From contig CM075993.1 of the NCBI GenBank assembly GCA_038087875.1, positions 6,946,001 through 7,010,000 of the forward strand: 64,000 nucleotides of DNA, given 5' to 3'. Source of the stretch: Malacoraja senta. Its lineage: Eukaryota. Below, piece by piece: positions 35,574-49,611 of the stretch. Numbering within the stretch: position 1 is the stretch's first letter; each line of letters starts with the position of its first letter. The position numbers were made by a program, and so were the translations under genes. The notes under the pieces are model-generated. The model did not search any database and was not told the DNA's origin. It worked only from the letters and a program-made list of their open reading frames with translations.

Positions 35574-38500
35574 TCTGGATCTACCCAGCCAAACACAGTT
35601 TAATTTTGTATAAATAAACAATACTGCAGATACTCAGGCAGAATCTGTCGAAAGAGAAACAGAAGTAATGGTTCTGTTCAATGACCTGTCAACTAAAATT
35701 TTCTATGTTTCAGTGACATCACCTCTCCTAAACTCATAAGAATATAGACTTTACTTGCTTCACCTCTCCTCACAGAATTGACTTCGAAATCAAATCGGTA
35801 AACTGTTGCTACATTCCCTCAATTGCTGGCGTATCTTCACTGGATGGAGGAGATCATAACTTGAACACAATGTTCCCAAAGCAAACTCATCAAAATCCTC
35901 TTTAATTTAAACAAGACACATTTACTCAAATCCTCTTGCAGTAAAAGTTATCATATTATTTGGCTTCCCTTATGTTTGCTGCAGCTGCATGTTAACTTCT
36001 AATGATGTGGATGTAAATGCCCTCTGAACACCAACATCGTTCAAATTCCCAACATCTAAAAAACGTTCCACCCTTCCGTTCTTTATAGAAAGGTTGCAGC
36101 CCTCACATTTTCCCATTTTGCCCATTCATACAATGTTTCTATCTTTCCGAGAAGTCTGCATCATTCTCACAGCTTACTGTGCCACCCAATTTTATATTGT
36201 CAGAAAAACTTGGAGAGATTAAGCAGATAATGATTTACTCCCCTCAACAAAATCATTGATGTTGACTCTGAAGAACTGGAGCCTTGACACTGATACTTAT
36301 GGCAACTCATAAATCACAGCCTCCCAGTCTGAAAATTAATTTATTCTAAAGGCAATTTAGAATGGACAATAAAAGCCAGACTTTTCAGTGGCACCCACAA
36401 TCTGTAAATGAATACGTTAAAATAAACTCTATCACAGGCTACTGAAAATAGATGTTAGGGTAACTGGTTAATAATTCTTATTTGCAAGTTGTGGTCAATT
36501 ATACAAAAGGTAGGATAGAAGGCATTTGTTTTTTTAATTAATTTCTGGGATATGAATATTGTTGGTTGGCTAGTATATATAGTAGTGCCCACCTCCAATT
36601 GTCCTTCAGAATCCAATGGAATGCCACCTTCTTGATCGGCGGCAGTGGTAGTGATGAAGATGTTCCCATGTCACCATTAACTAGGTAGATGCCCTTAAGA
36701 AAGATAACAAACCTCAGTGAAAATATTCCAGGCGAGATGCAGAGGTTACAACTCTGCCTGCAAAAGTGTCACATCTCATTGACATTTTCAGAGAATCTCA
36801 GACTCGGAAGGCATTGGTCCTTGAAAAGATATAACTAAAATCTGTGCTCCCAAATATCTTTGGTAATATAATGCCTCCTTAAAATGTTATAAAGGATATA
36901 GTGAGATGAAAGAAAAAACATTTTAATGAAGGGCATTATGATAATCAAGAAGTCACTGCCTGTAAGGAAAGTGAATACAGTTAATTGGGCTTTTAAAACA
37001 GAATTTAATAGGTACCTGAAAATAATTTGCAGGATTATGCAGGAGTATGAAATAGGTGGATTACTATACTCGGAACTTAATTACACTCAATGGCCTCCTT
37101 CTGTGTCATTACAATTATATTCTTACTGCATAGAGCTCTTCTCCCTGTCTTTGGTAGCTTAATCTGACTTTTTGTGCCATCCTATATTTCATGTTATAGA
37201 TTCAGTGGAACTACCAACAAGATGCCCACCTACCCAAGACAAGGTAATCCCTGTGCACTGAGATATCTTCGCCAAAGTTTTAAAATTCACCATAGTTCTC
37301 TCCAATCACCTCTAAACCCCAGCAGCTCTCCACAAATCTGCATATTATTGTATTCTTTTAAATTTCGAAGACGGTTGGTTCTTTCTGCTCCAAAACACAC
37401 AGAATTATGTAATTTACTACAAACCGTGTTTTTCAGTTCTAACATTCAATCGTTTTTACATTGGGATAAACACCATCAAATACCTATTCTATATTCTTCC
37501 CAAATGTACAATTCAAATATTCTGAGTAGTGTGTGGTCCTATCAGAGTGCTCATCAGTAACGAATCAAATCAGCAACTGCAGTATCAAAACAAACGTGCT
37601 ACTTGGTGCAATTTTGAGATCGATACCCTTGATGCCTACCATTTAAACACACGTTGAAATGTCAAATGCTCAGTACTTGCTTTCAGGTTGAAAATAAACC
37701 ATATAGTCCGTAAATCAGTTTATACAAATAATTTAATTTTGCTCAGCTAAAGGCGATTGAAGCTCAAAAGGGAAAAAAATGGTCCTGGCTACAAATTTTG
37801 TTCTTCAGCTGTTCACTGGCTTAGAAGTTATGTTCATCTGGTCTTTTGCAAATAATGCAAAGATTAATTCTTATTCAGCAGCATTGTTTTGCATAATTGG
37901 CAGTTGCATAATTTAGATTTGTGTACTTCAAAAACAACTGGATATTTACTTTTTTTATTTGTACTGAACTGGTAGATTTTATGATGCCCAACATTTTTTT
38001 TTTTTAATGTGTTTATACTCTCATTTTTATACCTTCATTTATCCACCTCATGCAGTTTAATGGCTAAATTGAGAAATGACAATGTAAAGTGACACCTGCA
38101 GCTGAATCTTACTTCAGATCAGAAGGTTGAAGATTTGACCACACTAGTATACAAAATGTAGGTTAATGGTGAAAGAGTGCTTCACTAATGGAGATGCTGT
38201 TTTTAGGTGAGACATTAGATGAAAGTCTCAGCAGATTTTCATTTTAAATTTTAAAGATACGTTAGCTCAGTTCTGGAAAAGAACAGAGATCTTCTTGCAA
38301 CACTTGATAATTTTTAACCTTTATTCAATATCACTAAAAATATCCAATCATTACTACATTAGATGCAATAGATTTACACAGATCCAATGCACCTTCTTAA
38401 TGTAGTGAGTGACAAATGCCAATATATCCATCACTCTACTTTTTTGCTGGCGAGTCCAGCAGCAGAACTCAATAATAATTTGATTATTTCTCTTATTACC

Positions 38501-39009
38501 ATTTTCTGTTCTTTAGTACATGCTTTTGTTTGTATTCTCATGTCACCTTCCTACACAATCACTTCCCTGGACTGCATCCAGTCTTTTTTCCAGTATTCCA
38601 TATTTCTCTCCACTGAAGCCCTTCTCCGGACACTACTTAGTTTAATGCACTATTTGTCTCCCCGGTTATTTAATTTATCAGAACTCTAGTTCATAGCATG
38701 GTTCATTTGTAATCCATTTCAATGAAACTGTTATACCTATCTCCAGTAATGATGCCAGTGTCTCATGAATTGAAACTCACCATCTATTCATCTTATTTAC
38801 CAAGTACCAATTTACAGCTTGGGTAACATTGAGAGATTTTCTTTGTGGTTCTCCTTTATAATTTAATCTTAAACACCTCAAATTCTCTTAGCAGAACCTC
38901 TTTCTTAGTCTAGTCTATGTCATTAGTATTTAAGAGCACCAACAACACCTGAATCCTCTTTGTGCCTCTCCAAGTTTCTCATCAAACTAGAGGAAATGTC
39001 CCTTACACA

Positions 39010-39290
39010 TCAAACAGGCATTGAAACATTTATTTTATTGGTACTTCTTTCAAATTAATAAACTGCATTGTTGTTCAAAATGTGGCATCCTCTACTTTAA
39101 GGAAACCAAATGCAGATTGGATAACCACTTTGCAGAACGGCACTGTTTAATTCATAAGGGTGACCCTAAGCTTCATTCACTGTATTTTTCCCATTCCATA
39201 TGGCAACTAAGTGCAACGTAAGCTCAAGAAACAGCATTGCATTTTATGATATATTACATAATTTAGTACTCATCATCAAATTCAATAATT
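39010..39290 (+). mobile_element. Old Penelope GIY-YIG remnant
   Basis: CSKCGILYFKETKCRLDNHFAE aligns by eye with the 25111-25356 ORF. Confidence 0.6.
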
Positions 39291-40755
39291 ACAGACATTT
39301 CAGACCCGTCTCAAATATTCCTCACATTTGATTTCTCATCTCCCCCTACTACATGTCCTTCAGGCATAAATTTACCATTCCTTTTCAACGGGCAACTTGT
39401 GGTCTCCATGCTATTGCATTTTCCCTTCTGCTCTTTCTATCCCTCTGCCCTTTTTCTGCAACTTAAAATATGTTCATCTCTAACTTTTCCTAGTTCTGGT
39501 GAAATGCCTGCAACCTGAAACATAAATTTTCCATCCAACTCAGTCCATGAATACCTTCTCACATTCCTCCTTTGTTACCCCTTTGACCAATTTTTCTATC
39601 TTTAGAAAACTTTTTCATCATGCTCTTTACACTCGTCTAAATTATTAACATATTCTACAACAACCAAGTTTTAGGCCTGTGGCAACCCATTGGAAACAGC
39701 CTTCAGGTCACAAGAACGCCTGTTGATCATTACCCTTTTATATGCTACAACCAGACCAATTTTGGACCCAATTAGCCAACCTTCTTTGAAGGTCATAAGA
39801 TTTTACTTTATTGATGGGCCTATTATATAAAAGGCCTTGCTAAAATCCACATAAACATACTGCCCATATAGAAACCACCCTGCTCTCCATTTTATTATCT
39901 CCTCAAAAAATTCAGTGAATAGTCAGACAAACTTTCCATAACACATCCTGGTCATTCGTGTACTTTATGTCTTTCAACATGAAGATTTATACTGCCACTT
40001 ACAATTAATTTCAATAAACTGCCCACCTTCACAGTTGAACCACAGTTGAGGCTGGAGTAAATCAACTGATTATTCTCTCTCGTTTGCAATAATCCAATTG
40101 TCTGGCACCACTCTTGTAGCCAGACTGAATTGGAAATGATATTCAGAGCCTCTGCAAGATCTTCCTTACTTTACCTCCCAACTGCAACACAAAAGGCCTT
40201 TTGGCCCATCAGACCCATACAGGCTTCCCACAGGGCAATCCCATCTGTCCCATTCCCTTTATTCCCCTATAACATGCATCTCAATCTCTCCCACATGCCA
40301 ATCAACCTGTGTCCACCCCCCCCCCCAGATTTTAATTATCTACCTTCCATGCCTCTCAGAATCTTATATACTATTAAGTTATCTCCCAGCCTCCATTGTT
40401 TCAAGGAAAAAAGGCCCAACCTGTATAATCTTTCCCCATAACTAAAGTCCTCCAATGCAGGCAACATTCTGGTGAATGTCCACAACACTCTCTCCCACAC
40501 AACCACATTCCTCTTATAGTGTGGTGAGCAGAATTACACACAAAGATCCACATGTGCCCTGACAAATGTTTACAAAGTTGGAAAATAACATCCAAACTCT
40601 TATCTTCTGTGCCACAACCCATGAAGGCACTCCTGCCAAATGCCTTCTATGTAATCTTTATTAACCTGTGCTGCCAATTTTGGGAAACTATGGACTTTGA
40701 CCCCTCAGTCTTTCTGTTCATCAACACTCCTTGGTGCCCTACCTTTTAATATATA

Positions 40756-41083
40756 CTAGACCAAGTGTGGACCTATTAGGTCCGATTCCCCCAATGCAAA
40801 ATTCCACCAAACTGCGCATGCGCGGCTGACGGGCCCGCACTGTGCAGGCGCGACTGACGCATTCAAACTTGTGCCATTGACGGCACAAATTAAGTTAAAG
40901 TTAATAAAGTGAACAAAGGACCCGTGGAGCCGTTTGTAAAATAGAACGAAACTTACCCGTGGTGTGCCCGTTGTGAGACAAATACACGCAAAAAAAAAAA
41001 TGGCGATCTGAAAATCGGCAAAGCCAACCAAGGTGGGCCAAAAATTGTAGCGCTATCGTGTACCATTTTGGCTGTATTTCGAG

Positions 41084-41115
<32 letters not shown>

Positions 41116-41175
41116 CAAACAAACAAATATACATACATACAAGATGAGAGCTTTAGTTATTTATAGATAGATAGA
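40756..41175 (-). mobile_element. Non-autonomous Helitron
   Basis: Minus 5' TCTATAAATAACTAAAGCTCTCATCTTG; 3' hairpin GGACCTA-A-TAGGTCC then CTTGGTCTAG|T; no TSD. Confidence 0.78.
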
Positions 41176-41314
41176 TGTCCTACCTTGATGTTGCAAAATC
41201 CATCACCACACTTATCAAGATTAAATTCTATCTGCCAATGCTCTGCCAAACTTTCATTTGATTAATATCCTACTGTAGCCTCAGGCAAGCCTTACTCACC
41301 CTGCTGACCTTCTT

Positions 41315-41446
41315 CTTCTTGCGTATGGCGTGCACAGGAAAGTTGTCGGACAACTTGTCTATTTGATCTTATTTGATTGTGCACTCCAGGTTGATTGCAT
41401 TCGTCGAAACAGGGCGGACCACGTGAAGGTTGCAATCTCCTACCCC
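41315..41446 (-). mobile_element. ~140-bp retroposon with 5' HDV-like ribozyme and (AAG)n tail, copy E
   Basis: TSD GCTGACCTTCTT at 41303-41314 and 41447-41458 (overlaps the tail); small deletions in the hairpin domain. Confidence 0.85.
41394..41446 (-). ncRNA. Minimal HDV-like ribozyme, copy E (one P1 mismatch)
   Basis: GGGGTAG-GAG-ATTGCA-ACC-TTCACGT-GGT-CCGCCCT-GTTTCGA-CGAA-TGCAAT; C at 41403. Confidence 0.65.
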
Positions 41447-42927
41447 GCTGACCTTCTTAAATAAAGGAACAACATTAGGTATATTCCCAGTGTTCTGGAA
41501 TCTCATATTGTGGCTAACGAAGATGCAGAAATCTCTTCCAGGCCCCAAGCACTCTCCTTCCTCGTTTCCCATAACATCATGGGATAGAATACTTTCAAAG
41601 ATGCTCAACCTCTTATAGCTTCATTTCTTACTGTGCTTATCCCATCAAATATTTTTCACACTTCCTGCTGAACCACAATGTCATCATTGTCCTCTTACTT
41701 TGTGAAGGCAGGTGCAATATATTCATTCAATATATTCTTACCCTTATCCTCTGTCTACACATAGAGATTACCTTTGTGGCCCCTAATAGGCTGTGCTCTT
41801 TCTGCATTTATCCCCTTGCACTCTATATAGTTATGCAACATTTTTGAATGATTACTTTGATATGTCCTCCCTTATATTATCATGCCTTCTCTTTGCTCTT
41901 TGAATTTTAATCAATTTAATTTTAAATTCTTAATTTTGCCAAAGCACTCTCTTTACTAATCTATATTTTTCTGCAGGCTCTCAGTCTGATACAAGCTCTT
42001 CTTTTTGCTTTTTCTTACACACCATACAGCTTGTCATCCAGGGGCTCTAGGTGTGGCAGATCTACTCTTTATGTTTAGGGCAGTATATTACTCTGAATCC
42101 CTTGGATCTTCTTTCTGAATGCGCTCTACTGCACTGATACTGATATTTGTACATATCACTCTGTTTACAAAATATAATGGACTCAGCAAATAAAGGCTTA
42201 ACTGTTCTCACATCCCCTAAAGCTTGAATGTTATCAGTCTGGAAGAATCTGTAATTTGAAAAGTACCAACTTCCATGATTCTGAAAAACTGATTCCAAGC
42301 AGTTATGACAGTGATCATATCTCTCATGTACCAGAAAACCACAAAAATATCTGAATGGTGTTTCTCAATATTGTTGTGAAGTGCATAATTTTTAACCTCA
42401 AGTAGCTACAAAGCATTTTTATTAACTTTGTTACGATCTAATCGTATTTTGTCTCATAATATTTTATAATAGCCTTCAAAATTAGTTTCAACCAAAGTTA
42501 ATATCAGAGATTCAGTATATTCCATCTCTTCTATCACTATTATATTGCATTCCTATTGTCCTTGTTGATTTTAAGCCACTATTGATTTTACCTTACAGAT
42601 GTCATTGAAGACACCTAATTGACCCTTCCCCTGAGGTGAATTCCCCATGGAGAACGTCTATGGGAATTATTTTATAATTTACTTGGTGCATACGATCAAG
42701 CCATCAAATGCATTGAAGGCTGAGTGGTGTGAATACGTTGGGACATCATACTTTTTGATTCTCTTTTACATCGCTTCTTTCGATGTTTCCCTATCGAGTA
42801 TTAACAACACAGACTTTGTACACACAGATTTTTGATAGCTCAGTATGGTGAGGGCTCAGCAACTACTTTCTACATTACAATAATCTTCTACCAAATAAAT
42901 GCAAGCCCCAAATCAGTCCAAGAGGTG

Positions 42928-43162
42928 TATAAGAAAGAACTGCAGATGCTGGTTTACACCGAAGATAGACACAAAATGCTGGAGTAACTCAGCGGATCAG
43001 GCAGCATCTCTGGAGAAAAGAAATAGGTGAAGTTTTGGGTCGAGACCCTTCTTCAGACTTCAGGGAGTGATGAAGAGTCTTGACCTGAAACATCACCTAT
43101 TCCTTTTCTCCAGAGATGCTGCCTGACCCGCTGAGTTACTCCAACATGTTGTGTCTATCTTC
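42928..43162. mobile_element. Inverted dimer of Penelope-associated short repeat
   Basis: 42961-43057 and 43068-43162 are approximate reverse complements; each arm ends in the hammerhead-like core. Confidence 0.75.
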
Positions 43163-45390
43163 ATTCCATAAGCTACTGGGGATGTTCTTCTGCATGTGTC
43201 ATCACATCATTAAAAAAAAGAAATCTCTAATGAGGACCATAATTACTTTTGGTTTTACTCTGAATCTGGACAGTTGTGTCTATTTCCATTTTTAATCTGC
43301 ATGCTGTGACTAAAATGGAACAACTGCATCTATTTTCTAGACTTTTGTTTGCACCTACTGGGCATTTTAGAAATAAGAATTATCCAATAAGAATTAAATT
43401 CCCTTATAATCACATAATATAATGGTATGGAGCTGCTATTTTGAACTTTGTATAGCATCTGTAACCTCTATATTCAACTGATGACTAATTATGGCAATCA
43501 CACTCCACCAGTGCTTCTTAAAGTTTGAGGCACAAAGTAAAGAAATCCCCAGTGGCAGACCAGAACCACCTGATCTTTTAAGTCTGCTACATTTCCCATA
43601 TGTCTTATTTTAAATTACATAATCACTTCTATATTGTATTTCAAAATATTAGCTTCTGACATAAATCACCAATACTTCCTTCCACCATTTCCCCTGGGGA
43701 ACTGGTTTCATAGATTTACTATTCATTCATTGAAATAATGTTCCAACAGGTTGGTTTTAAATTTAACCCTTTACAAGGAAGGCTGATCCAGGCAGCAGGA
43801 AATTGGGTCATGCCTTATGTTATCTTATGTTATCTTAACACAAGGCATAACCCAATTTCCTGCTACCTGGAACTGCCTATTAGATTACAAAACACTAAAG
43901 TCCTGCAGCATGAATGTAGAGAGTTATCTAGCAAACTAAAGCGAAGGATGTCTAAGATTGTATTCTCTTGATCACTTCCAGTGCGATATGCTAGTAGGTT
44001 TAGAAATAGGAAGATGTTAGATAAATGGGTGGCAAAAGGCTGTTGTAGGAGGGAGACTGAAAAGATGTATAGAGCTACAATGAAATATTGAAAGAAATAT
44101 ATCAGTCCAATGGGCAGGCCCGGCATTGGCATGCAAAATTTTTGTGTGGTTTGGAAGGCTAAATTGCATCCATTTTAATGCAAGAAGGCTGACTGTAAGG
44201 CAGAATAACTTAGACCACATGGGGATATGATATTGTTGCATTGCAGAAACATGGTTGAAAGAAAGGCCAGATTGGTGTCTCAGTGTTTCAAGGCAGAGAA
44301 GTTTTGGGTGTGATCGTGTGGGAAATAAAACTGTTGGCATTGCAATACTGCAATACTGATTAATGGGACCATTACCTGTAGTAATGCCATATGCTCAAAC
44401 TAAAGATGCTGAAGCCAACTTGACATTCACAAAATGCTTCAACATGTGTCAACTTGTCTTCTCTTTGGCACATCAGGTTTTTATGGAGCAAACCCATTGT
44501 ATTAAAGACACACAGAATTACAGGAGAAATAGATACAGGATCAAAATGGACTCAGTGTTAAAAATTTGCCTGCAATGTCTGAAGAAATAAGATCTGTATT
44601 TCAAAACTATTTTCAAACTGACATGCAAATTCTCAATTTTCTCATTTTAGCAGATATTTACACATTCCTACCATAGCATTAAACTCTCAAAATTTGCAAA
44701 CTGAGGAATTTAAAGGTCAATTATCACTCTTACTTGAAAAACAGACCATTACATAATTTGTTCTGAACCTGACTGCCCTCCCAAGTTAAATACTCTAAAG
44801 GTTAACATAGATTTGCTTTTATGGGGCTAAAATGTAACTCGGTGCTGGTTTGCCTTACAATGGGTATAATGGTCCACTAGAAGAACTTTGACTTGAGCTA
44901 AGCATGTTTTTCTGTCTTCTCTTATATCTTTAAATTTTCTGTCTTATTGTTAATCTGCAAAATATAATTTCGAGGGATAAAATTTGGCAGCTCACAATAA
45001 CATGTAATCCGACTACTTTACTTTTATTTTCAGTGTCTCTCTCTTCTTAAGCATGGTAATAAGAACATAAGGAAAAGGAATGGGAGTAAACCACATGGCC
45101 CCTCAAGGCTTCTTCACCATTCACTAAGTTTGTGACTGATCTGATCTTTGGTCCAAAATCATTTTCTTCTTCAATTCCCCTGCAGTCCAAACATCTATCT
45201 CAGTCTTGAATACACACAAAGATGGTCACAATGCTGTCCAAAAGAATCCCACAGTTCCAAAGACCTATATAGGAAGAAATTCATTCTCATCTCAGTCATA
45301 AATAAGAGACTTTTTATCCTGGAACTATTTCCTCTAGTTCAAGACTCTCCCCCACAGAAAACATATTTACATCAGCTTTAAGATGTAGAG

Positions 45391-45925
45391 AGAAGGCTTG
45401 GGCCCCACATCTGAGGAAGGATGTGCTAACATTGGAGATGGTCCAGAGGAGGTTTACAAGAATGACCCGGAGTTGATTGGGTAAATGTATGAGGAACATT
45501 TGATGGCTCTGGGCCAGTAATTGCTGTGGTTTAGAAGGATGAGGAGGAATCTCATTGAAACCTACCAAATAATGAAAGACCTAGATAGAGTTGATGTCGA
45601 GACGATGTTTCCAGTAGTGGGAGAGTTTAGGACCTGAGGGCATGGTCTCAGAATAAAAGGTGGTACCTTTAAAATGGAGATGAGGAGGAATTTCTGTTGC
45701 CAGAGGATGGTGAATCTGTGGAATTCATTGCCACAGATGGCGGTGGAGGACAGGTCATTGGGTATTTTTAAAGCAGAGATTGATAGATTCTTGGTTAGTA
45801 AGGGTGTCAAAGGTCACAGGGAGAAGGCATGAAAATGGGGTTGAGAGGGGATAATAGATCACCCATTATCAAATAGCAGAGTAGACTTGATGGGCTGAAT
45901 GGCCTAATTCTGCTCCAATATCTTA
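45391..45925 (+). mobile_element. Older CR1 3' fragment
   Basis: Homologous by eye to 11760-12290 (GGAAGGATGTG...GTGAATCTGTGGAATTC...GGCTGAATGGCCTAATTCTGCTCC). Confidence 0.8.
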
Positions 45926-46171
45926 GGATTTGATGGCTTAAAATAATTGGATGCATTAAAAGAAGCAAAATAGTTTTAAGACGTCTGGAACTCATTGCCT
46001 GAAATGGTAGCACAGCCAGAAACCAACCTCACATTAAAAACTATTTAGATTTGTACCTAAGGAGCAGTGACTTAGAACCATGGACCTGGTGCTGAAATCT
46101 GGAATTAGCCTTGGGTTCTCAACCAGCACTGATACAAGGGACCAAATGGGTCCTTTATTTTTTTAAATTTA

Positions 46172-48280
46172 CTAGTAGACCAAGTGGGACGGGTCCCTGT
46201 CACACGGGAGGCCTGGTCCCCCAACGCAACCCGTTCCCTCAACGCAATATTCCACCACTCACCTGTTCCCCCAATGCAACCCGTTCCCCCAACGCAATAT
46301 TCCACCACTCACCTGTTCCCCCAACGCTACCCGTTCCCCCAAAGCAATATTCCACCACTCACCCATAGCTCCCAATTGCGCAGGGGCGGCTCATTTCCGC
46401 ATTATCCTCCAGCACTCCCTCCTCCTCCTCTTCAGCCTCCCAATTGCACTTGCTGCCAGGAATTTTAAAAAAAATCCAATTGCACTTCCCATGCCTCCCT
46501 CAGCACTCCCTCCCTCTCCTGTTCAGCCTCCCTGTTTTTAAACTTTAAAAACTTGCTGGCAGGACTCAGCGTTCTGTGATTGCAACATTGTTGCAAGCGG
46601 GACCCGTTGGGTCTCTGTCACACGGGAGGCCTGATCCCCCAATGCAACCCGTTCCCCCAACGCAATATTCCGCCACTCACCCATAGTCCCCAACCGTGCA
46701 GGGGGCGGCTCATTTCCCCTTGTTCACCCTCCCTCATTTAAAACTTTTTTAAAAAAATGCAATTGCACTTGCTAGGGCTGCCAGGACACAATGTAGCGGG
46801 CAGGGCTACATTCCCATAGTGATGTCATAGCTGTAACTTCCAGTGCAGATGGAAGAAAATTTTCTCAAAGTGGGATTTTGTAAAGTTAAAAATGTGAATA
46901 ACTTAAAATATAACATCAATCTGAACGAAACTTGATACACCACACCACAGGAAAATTGTGAGTAAGGTGGTGCAAACGTTGTAGCGCTATCGTGCACCGT
47001 TTTGGCGTAGTTCCAAGATCACATGGCCAGACATGCACACACAGACAGACACACACACACACATAGAAACAGACAAGATGAGAGTTTTAGTAATATACTA
47101 GACCAAGTGGGAACCGTTGGGTCCTTGTCACATGGAACCCGTTCTCCCAACGCAATATTCCACCACTCACCCGTTCCCCCAACGCAATATTCCACCACTC
47201 ACCCATAGCCCGGATGGTATGCCTTGTCCCCCAACGCAACCCGTTCCCCAACGTAAGATTCCACCACTCACCTGCCTCCCCCAGCAATGGACTTTAAAAA
47301 AAAATCCAATTGCACTTCTTTTGCCTCCCCCAGCACTTACAATTCCAATTCCACTTCCCCTGGCCCCTCCCCCTCCTATTCAATCACTTGCTGCCAGGAC
47401 CACGACTAAAAGGCCTGTCTCACGAGTCTGCGGTCATTGGCGGCGAAACGGGAAGAATCTGCCGCCATAGACCGCGCACTCGTGAGAACTCACAATTCCG
47501 GGGCCGTGCGGCGGTGTTCCCAACACCGCACGGTGCTAAAATAAAACCTACACGGTGCTAAAATAAAAATATTTTCCTACCGCACAGCCTCCACCAGTGA
47601 TGCACGGCCGCCGCCAGTGTGGCTCGAGCGCCGTGCGTCAAACTTGCACCGCCACAGCCTCCGCCAGTGAGGCACGTGTGCGGCACGGCCGCAGGCACAG
47701 CCACCGCTATAGCGCCGCGATCAGGACGGCCGCCGCCACAGCCGCCGCTCGTGAGTCACGTGCGGCGGGCCGACGTCATCACAGTCGGCCCGCCCTTTTT
47801 TTTACTTACCGCAAGCACGTGGGACCAGCCGTATTTGAATCACTCGGCCCCCGCGCAGCATCCGTGCGCCGCTCCCGTGGATAGACTCGGCGCTCTCGCC
47901 GTTGCCGTGCGGTCCACTCTACAGGCGAAGCCGCGCTTCACCGCCGATGACCGCAAACACGTAAGACAGAGCCTTTAGTGTTCTATGATGGCAACATTGT
48001 TGCAAATGTTGGGTGGAGGACTGTGAGATCCCATTGTGATGTCATAGCTGCAACTGCCAGCACTGAAGTGTTGAAGTGATTATCAAAGTGGATTTAGTAA
48101 ACTTAAAAATGTGATAATGTGAAATATAACATCAATCTGAACAAAACTTGATACAAATAACCACAGGTGAGTAAGGTGATGCTAAAATGTTTGCGCTATT
48201 GTGTACCGTTTTGGCATATATCCTTGAGCTCACCCTATCACAGACACACACGCAAACAAGACGAGACTTTTAGAGATGGA
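46172..48280 (-). mobile_element. Tandem non-autonomous Helitrons with internal minisatellite
   Basis: CTAG-type 3' ends at ~46172 and 47098; repeated CCCCAACGCAATATTCCACCACTCACC units; shared subterminal CAAGATGAGAGTTTT motif. Confidence 0.72.
47410..47974. mobile_element. PIF/Harbinger-like MITE nested in Helitron
   Basis: Imperfect TIRs AAGGCCTGTCTCACG / CGTAAGACAGAGCCT, flanked by TAA / TTA; the empty site matches the paralogous Helitron sequence near 46563. Confidence 0.65.
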
Positions 48281-48339
48281 TGGATGGATGGATGGATGGA
48301 TGGATGGATGGATGGATGGATGGATAGATGGATAGATGA
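48274..48339. repeat. (GATG)n microsatellite
   Basis: Direct reading. Confidence 0.95.
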
Positions 48340-49171
48340 TTTTGTGCTGACCTATCAAGCCTCTTCAGAATATTATATGTTTCAACGGGATCAGTCCTTA
48401 CTCCAGAGATTATAGGCTAACTCTACTCAGTCATCCTCATAAGACTATCTCCTCATCTCTGGAATCAGTATAGTGAACATACAACAAAAATATATCCTTC
48501 CTTAAGTTAGGGGATCAAAACTGCACAGAGTACTCGGGGTCTGTACGGTTTCAGTGTATTCTTATCTCATATACTTCACTTGTTGCATATTTGTCATCTG
48601 AATCGTTTGTGGTGCCTGCATAATCTCTCTGAACACAGGCATTCATTGGTCTACAACCTTTTAAATAATAACATGCTTTTCCATTTTCTCTACTAAGGTG
48701 GGCAACCTCATGTATCACTTCGTAATATATCACCCCACCTAAACATGGCACCGCTAATCATTTTTGTCTTTGGCCCACTACATAAGCCTCCGTTTGTATT
48801 CAGGAGCTTAACGTCCATAGTCTTAATAAAATCTGTAGTGAGTTTGAAGAGTGACATTGGATCCCAGCATATGCAGGAGAGGAAAAATTAAAATTGGGAC
48901 AAAGTTGGGCAATTGGGTGAGTGTCAGACTGAAAGAAGATTGAAGGATGAAGGCATGATGGATTATTAATAGTTCAGTGGTGGGGTGGAGATATGGCAGA
49001 CATTTGAGAGCCTGCAAACAACTGGGGGACTGGGAGAGCATGGACTCTTACAGACTGCTGAGAAACAAGATGCATAAGGGGAGGAACCAACATGATTGAG
49101 TTATATAATATGTCAACATAAGGAAACTATTCCCAATATCAGAGGTAGGTAAAACTAGAGGACATTGATTG

Positions 49172-49216
<45 letters not shown>

Positions 49217-49611
49217 TTATTTATTAGAAGTACATTACATCACAGCCACATACATTAATACTCGTCATTTATATCTTCTTACAATTAATGTACTCCCTTT
49301 ATTTATTTTTTTTACACTAAAGAAAGAAAAGATTGAAAGAGAGAAGAAAGTGAAGGAAAAAGTGCAAGTGTAGAAAAGTGTAGAAAATGTAACAACAAAA
49401 AAAAAGGACGAGGACCCTATGAGAGCGAAATTAAAAACAAAAAGAAAAAGAGTTAAGAAATAGGCCCTAAGAAAAGAAAAGAGAGAGAGAAAAAAAGAAA
49501 AACAAATGTTTTTTTTTTTGAGCATCACGTAAATAGGACATACCAACTCTTCAACTATCATCCCCCCTTACCCGACCTCAATTTTTTATTTTTTTAAAGT
49601 ACTTTTGCACC

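Noticed and set aside
47597..47978. CpG island or promoter with GC-rich ORFs
   Set aside because: Lies within a TIR-bounded insertion nested in a Helitron.
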